DNA of 32,000 nucleotides from assembly GCF_008000775.2 (NCBI RefSeq), contig NZ_CP042905.2:1470001-1502000 (forward strand). Direction: 5' to 3'. The translations under genes and the position numbers were made by a program. The DNA comes from Promethearchaeum syntrophicum (lineage in GTDB: Archaea; Asgardarchaeota; Lokiarchaeia; Sigyniarchaeales; Promethearchaeaceae). Below are positions 29,853-32,000 of the stretch, piece by piece. Every line of letters starts with the position of its first letter. Positions within the stretch are counted from its first letter, which is position 1. The notes below the pieces were generated by a model. That model was given only the letters and a program-made list of their open reading frames with translations, had not been told where the DNA came from and did no database searches.

Positions 29853-30662
29853 TTATTTTTCCACGTTTTGTTCAAAGTCGGGATATAATTTTCTAGCACA
29901 AGTGAGACATAATCCATGTGAGATCTTTACATCCTTTGATTTATCTGTTATATAATCTTCTATTGTTTTCCAACTGCCATCATCTTGTCGAATTGACTTA
30001 CAATTGGCACATATTGGAACAAATTCATCAACCACTTGAGTAAGGGCATCCAATTTTTCTTTATTTGCTTGCATTAATAATTTCATTAGATTATGCGATA
30101 GATTATAAATGAGAATAGATCCCACAAAACTAAGATTGAGCGTAATCAATCCAAAGAAAATATAAAAAAAAGCCCCTGTTTCTTCTTCGGGAGTTAATCG
30201 ATATACCATTGCACTAAAATGCACAATATAAAGAATATTTGCAATGATCGTATGAATAATTATTTGTCTTCGCTGAATTGCATATAGTCCAAGAAGTAGG
30301 ATAGTAACTAATAGTAGGGAAATCATTTCATATAAGCGTGATAATGGCATTATTTGATCAGAATACAAAGCTTGAAAAATATAATACCAAAAAAAAGACA
30401 CAATGATTAAAGAATATGAATAAACTGCCAATTTTGGATGTCCATGTTTAATAAAAAAGAACATTAAAATTGCAGCAACTAAATTAGTAAGATCGCCCCC
30501 CAACATCCACCATCGAAAAGTGTTTAAAAAAGTATTTAAAAGTTGCACGCACATTACTGTAAAAACAAAACCAGCAAGTATAAATAAATATTCCATTTTT
30601 TTCTGAATTTCATAACCTTCATCTTGATATTTTTCAAACAAATATGAACGAATTTTATTCAT
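29853..30662 (-). CDS. Multi-TM sensor-like protein with a C-terminal Cys/His motif found in bacterial signalling proteins
   Basis: About 5-6 TM segments, then 'VVDEFVPICANCKSIRQDDGSWKTIEDYITDKSKDVKISHGLCLTCARKLYPDFE'. This is the CxxCKxIRxxxGxWxxxExYI..SHGxCxxC motif family. Confidence 0.8.
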   Translation of the reverse strand: MNKIRSYLFEKYQDEGYEIQKKMEYLFILAGFVFTVMCVQLLNTFLNTFRWWMLGGDLTNLVAAILMFFFIKHGHPKLAVYSYSLIIVSFFWYYIFQALYSDQIMPLSRLYEMISLLLVTILLLGLYAIQRRQIIIHTIIANILYIVHFSAMVYRLTPEEETGAFFYIFFGLITLNLSFVGSILIYNLSHNLMKLLMQANKEKLDALTQVVDEFVPICANCKSIRQDDGSWKTIEDYITDKSKDVKISHGLCLTCARKLYPDFEQNVEK

Positions 30663-30981
30663 TATTCTTTAAAACAGATGGATTCCTAAATAGATGCTGT
30701 TCTGTCTTTAAATATTTGTTAATCCTTTTTAGAATAAGAATTTCTCTCCTATTTGAGATATTACATCCAATTTTATATTTAAAATGTTTAAATCTGAAAA
30801 TGCTGAATTTTTCAACATTTACTGTAATTCTTTCTTCACAATAAAATCAGATATACCAATGCAATTTCCATACCCGAGAAACATAGAATTTTGAATGATG
30901 GAATTGCCTTTATTTTAATAATAAGAGAATTTAAGTTGAAACAAATATTTTTATGAATAATTATTCATAAAGTGTTAAATA

Positions 30982-31146
30982 TGCAGTGGAAGATTGAAGA
31001 TGGTTGTATGGGATGTGGAATATGCACATTTCAATGTCCTGATGGTTTAAAGATGGATAATGGAGTTGCACGAATAATCAATGATTCGTCAACATGCTTA
31101 GTACGAGCTGCGGAAGTATGCCCTAGGCAAATTATCCATCAATGAT
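30982..31146 (+). CDS. Small 4Fe-4S-type ferredoxin, ~54 aa, absent from the supplied ORF track (coordinates +/-1)
   Basis: MQWKIEDGCMGCGICTFQCPDGLKMDNGVARIINDSSTCLVRAAEVCPRQIIHQ. It contains CxxCxxCxxxCP and a second C...CP segment. Confidence 0.8.
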
Positions 31147-31200
31147 ATCAATTGATAATATACAAAATTAGTCAAATTCGATTCTAAATGTCCATGGAAT

Positions 31201-32000
31201 TTTTTATTATATTTTTTTTTGAAGTTCCTTAAATTACGATTTTTTGCTTTATTTTGAAGAAGGTCATTTCTCCAACTCAACTCCTTCGCCATTTTCATCT
31301 TAAACATGATTTTTACTTATAGAAAAGGAAAGCTCTTTGAATTTGTGTAATTTTGGAATTCATACTTAGGAATCCATCACCAAAAGACTTTTTGGAGCAC
31401 TTAGCACTCCGAAAGTATTAAATAATCTGCCGACAAAATAATAATTACCGCCAATCTACTCGTTGCAGGCGGATCCCAAGGGGACTGGAGAACAATGTTC
31501 TTTTTATGTGACTCGGTTCGCCCGATCATATCGAAAAAAAATTTGTCATTCCTTTGCGTGAGATCCGAATTCCAAGACCATTCTTGGGATTTGAAGCTCG
31601 AGGTCACCCATCTTTCAAAGACTTTGGCTAACCTCCGTGAAAACTTACAGGGAAGATCCACAGAAAGCTTCTTTTCCAGGTGATCACGGGAGTGGTCATT
31701 TAATAAAATATTGTCACGCCTCACAGCATTGGATGCAGAGCCTTTTGGGATCTTTTTTGGCTTTGCATCCGCTTTGAGGGTCTGAACAGACCGTGTAAGG
31801 ACCAATCCCTTGTGAGATCCGCGTGAAATGGTGTGATATTGGCGAAAATCCTTTCATTGGTAAAAAATCCGACCAAAAGAAAGAATTGAGAGCAATTGCA
31901 ACGAACAATTGCTCTCGGTGATGGATTCAATCAACCTGAATCCAGTGAGTTACAATGAGTCATAATCCCTCAAAAAGCTTTAGGAAAAAAACAACCCGTC
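31201..32000 (+). mobile_element. IS110-family insertion sequence, copy 2, 5' part only (continues past the window)
   Basis: Matches 21241-22040 at an offset of 9,960 bp over its whole visible length, including the first codons of the transposase (from 31955). Confidence 0.92.
31380..31920 (+). ncRNA. Second copy of the candidate structured non-coding RNA
   Basis: Same hairpins as 21420-21960 at offset 9,960, e.g. GGATGCAGAGCC...GGCTTTGCATCC at 31731-31770 and GAGAGCAATTG...CAATTGCTCTC at 31888-31916. Confidence 0.55.

Noticed and set aside
31177-31193. Possible third copy of the 32-nt repeat (TTCGATTCTAAATGTCC)
   Set aside because: Only loosely similar to TTCGATTTGATAAGTCC, with no shared flanks; consistent with chance in AT-rich DNA.
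31098-31307. 69-aa minus-strand ORF spanning the IS copy 2 boundary
   Set aside because: It crosses the insertion junction and has no counterpart at copy 1, so it is a chance ORF.

Overview
This is a 32 kb AT-rich archaeal window, probably from an Asgard-type genome. The lineage call is inferred from archaeal-type PGK, a Roadblock/LC7-like protein, archaeal Shine-Dalgarno patterns (GGAGTGAT, AAGGTGA) and overall gene content, and is not proven. Positions 1-21 kb are mostly ordinary chromosomal genes: ABC transporter ATPase and permease, Roadblock-like protein, two tandem coiled-coil proteins with C-terminal membrane segments, amidohydrolase, aminotransferase, paired MaoC-like proteins, zinc-ribbon/TM2 protein, methyltransferase, bacterial-type GAPDH, MBL-fold hydrolase, PPC/PKD surface protein, 3-hydroxyacyl-CoA dehydrogenase, CARDB-like surface protein, archaeal PGK, Tex and a NifU-like C-terminal domain. 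Positions 21.2-32 kb look more accessory. An IS110-family transposase is preceded by an unusually long (~750 bp), relatively GC-rich, hairpin-rich non-coding region. The first 800 bp of that element recur, apparently without change, exactly 9,960 bp downstream in the same orientation and run off the window end. This region is the best candidate for an unusual system: an archaeal IS110 element with an extended bridge-RNA-like non-coding RNA. Both insertions lie just 3' of small Fe-S protein genes, at a shared T-rich tract. Between the copies are two orphan genes flanked by a 32-nt imperfect direct repeat, tRNA-Val(GAC), an MFS transporter, an ICMT-like methyltransferase, a HGSNAT/DUF5009-like membrane protein, an orphan sensor-like protein and an unlisted small ferredoxin. 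Other points of note are a possible AUU start codon on the zinc-ribbon/TM2 gene and near-identical tandem modules in a surface protein.
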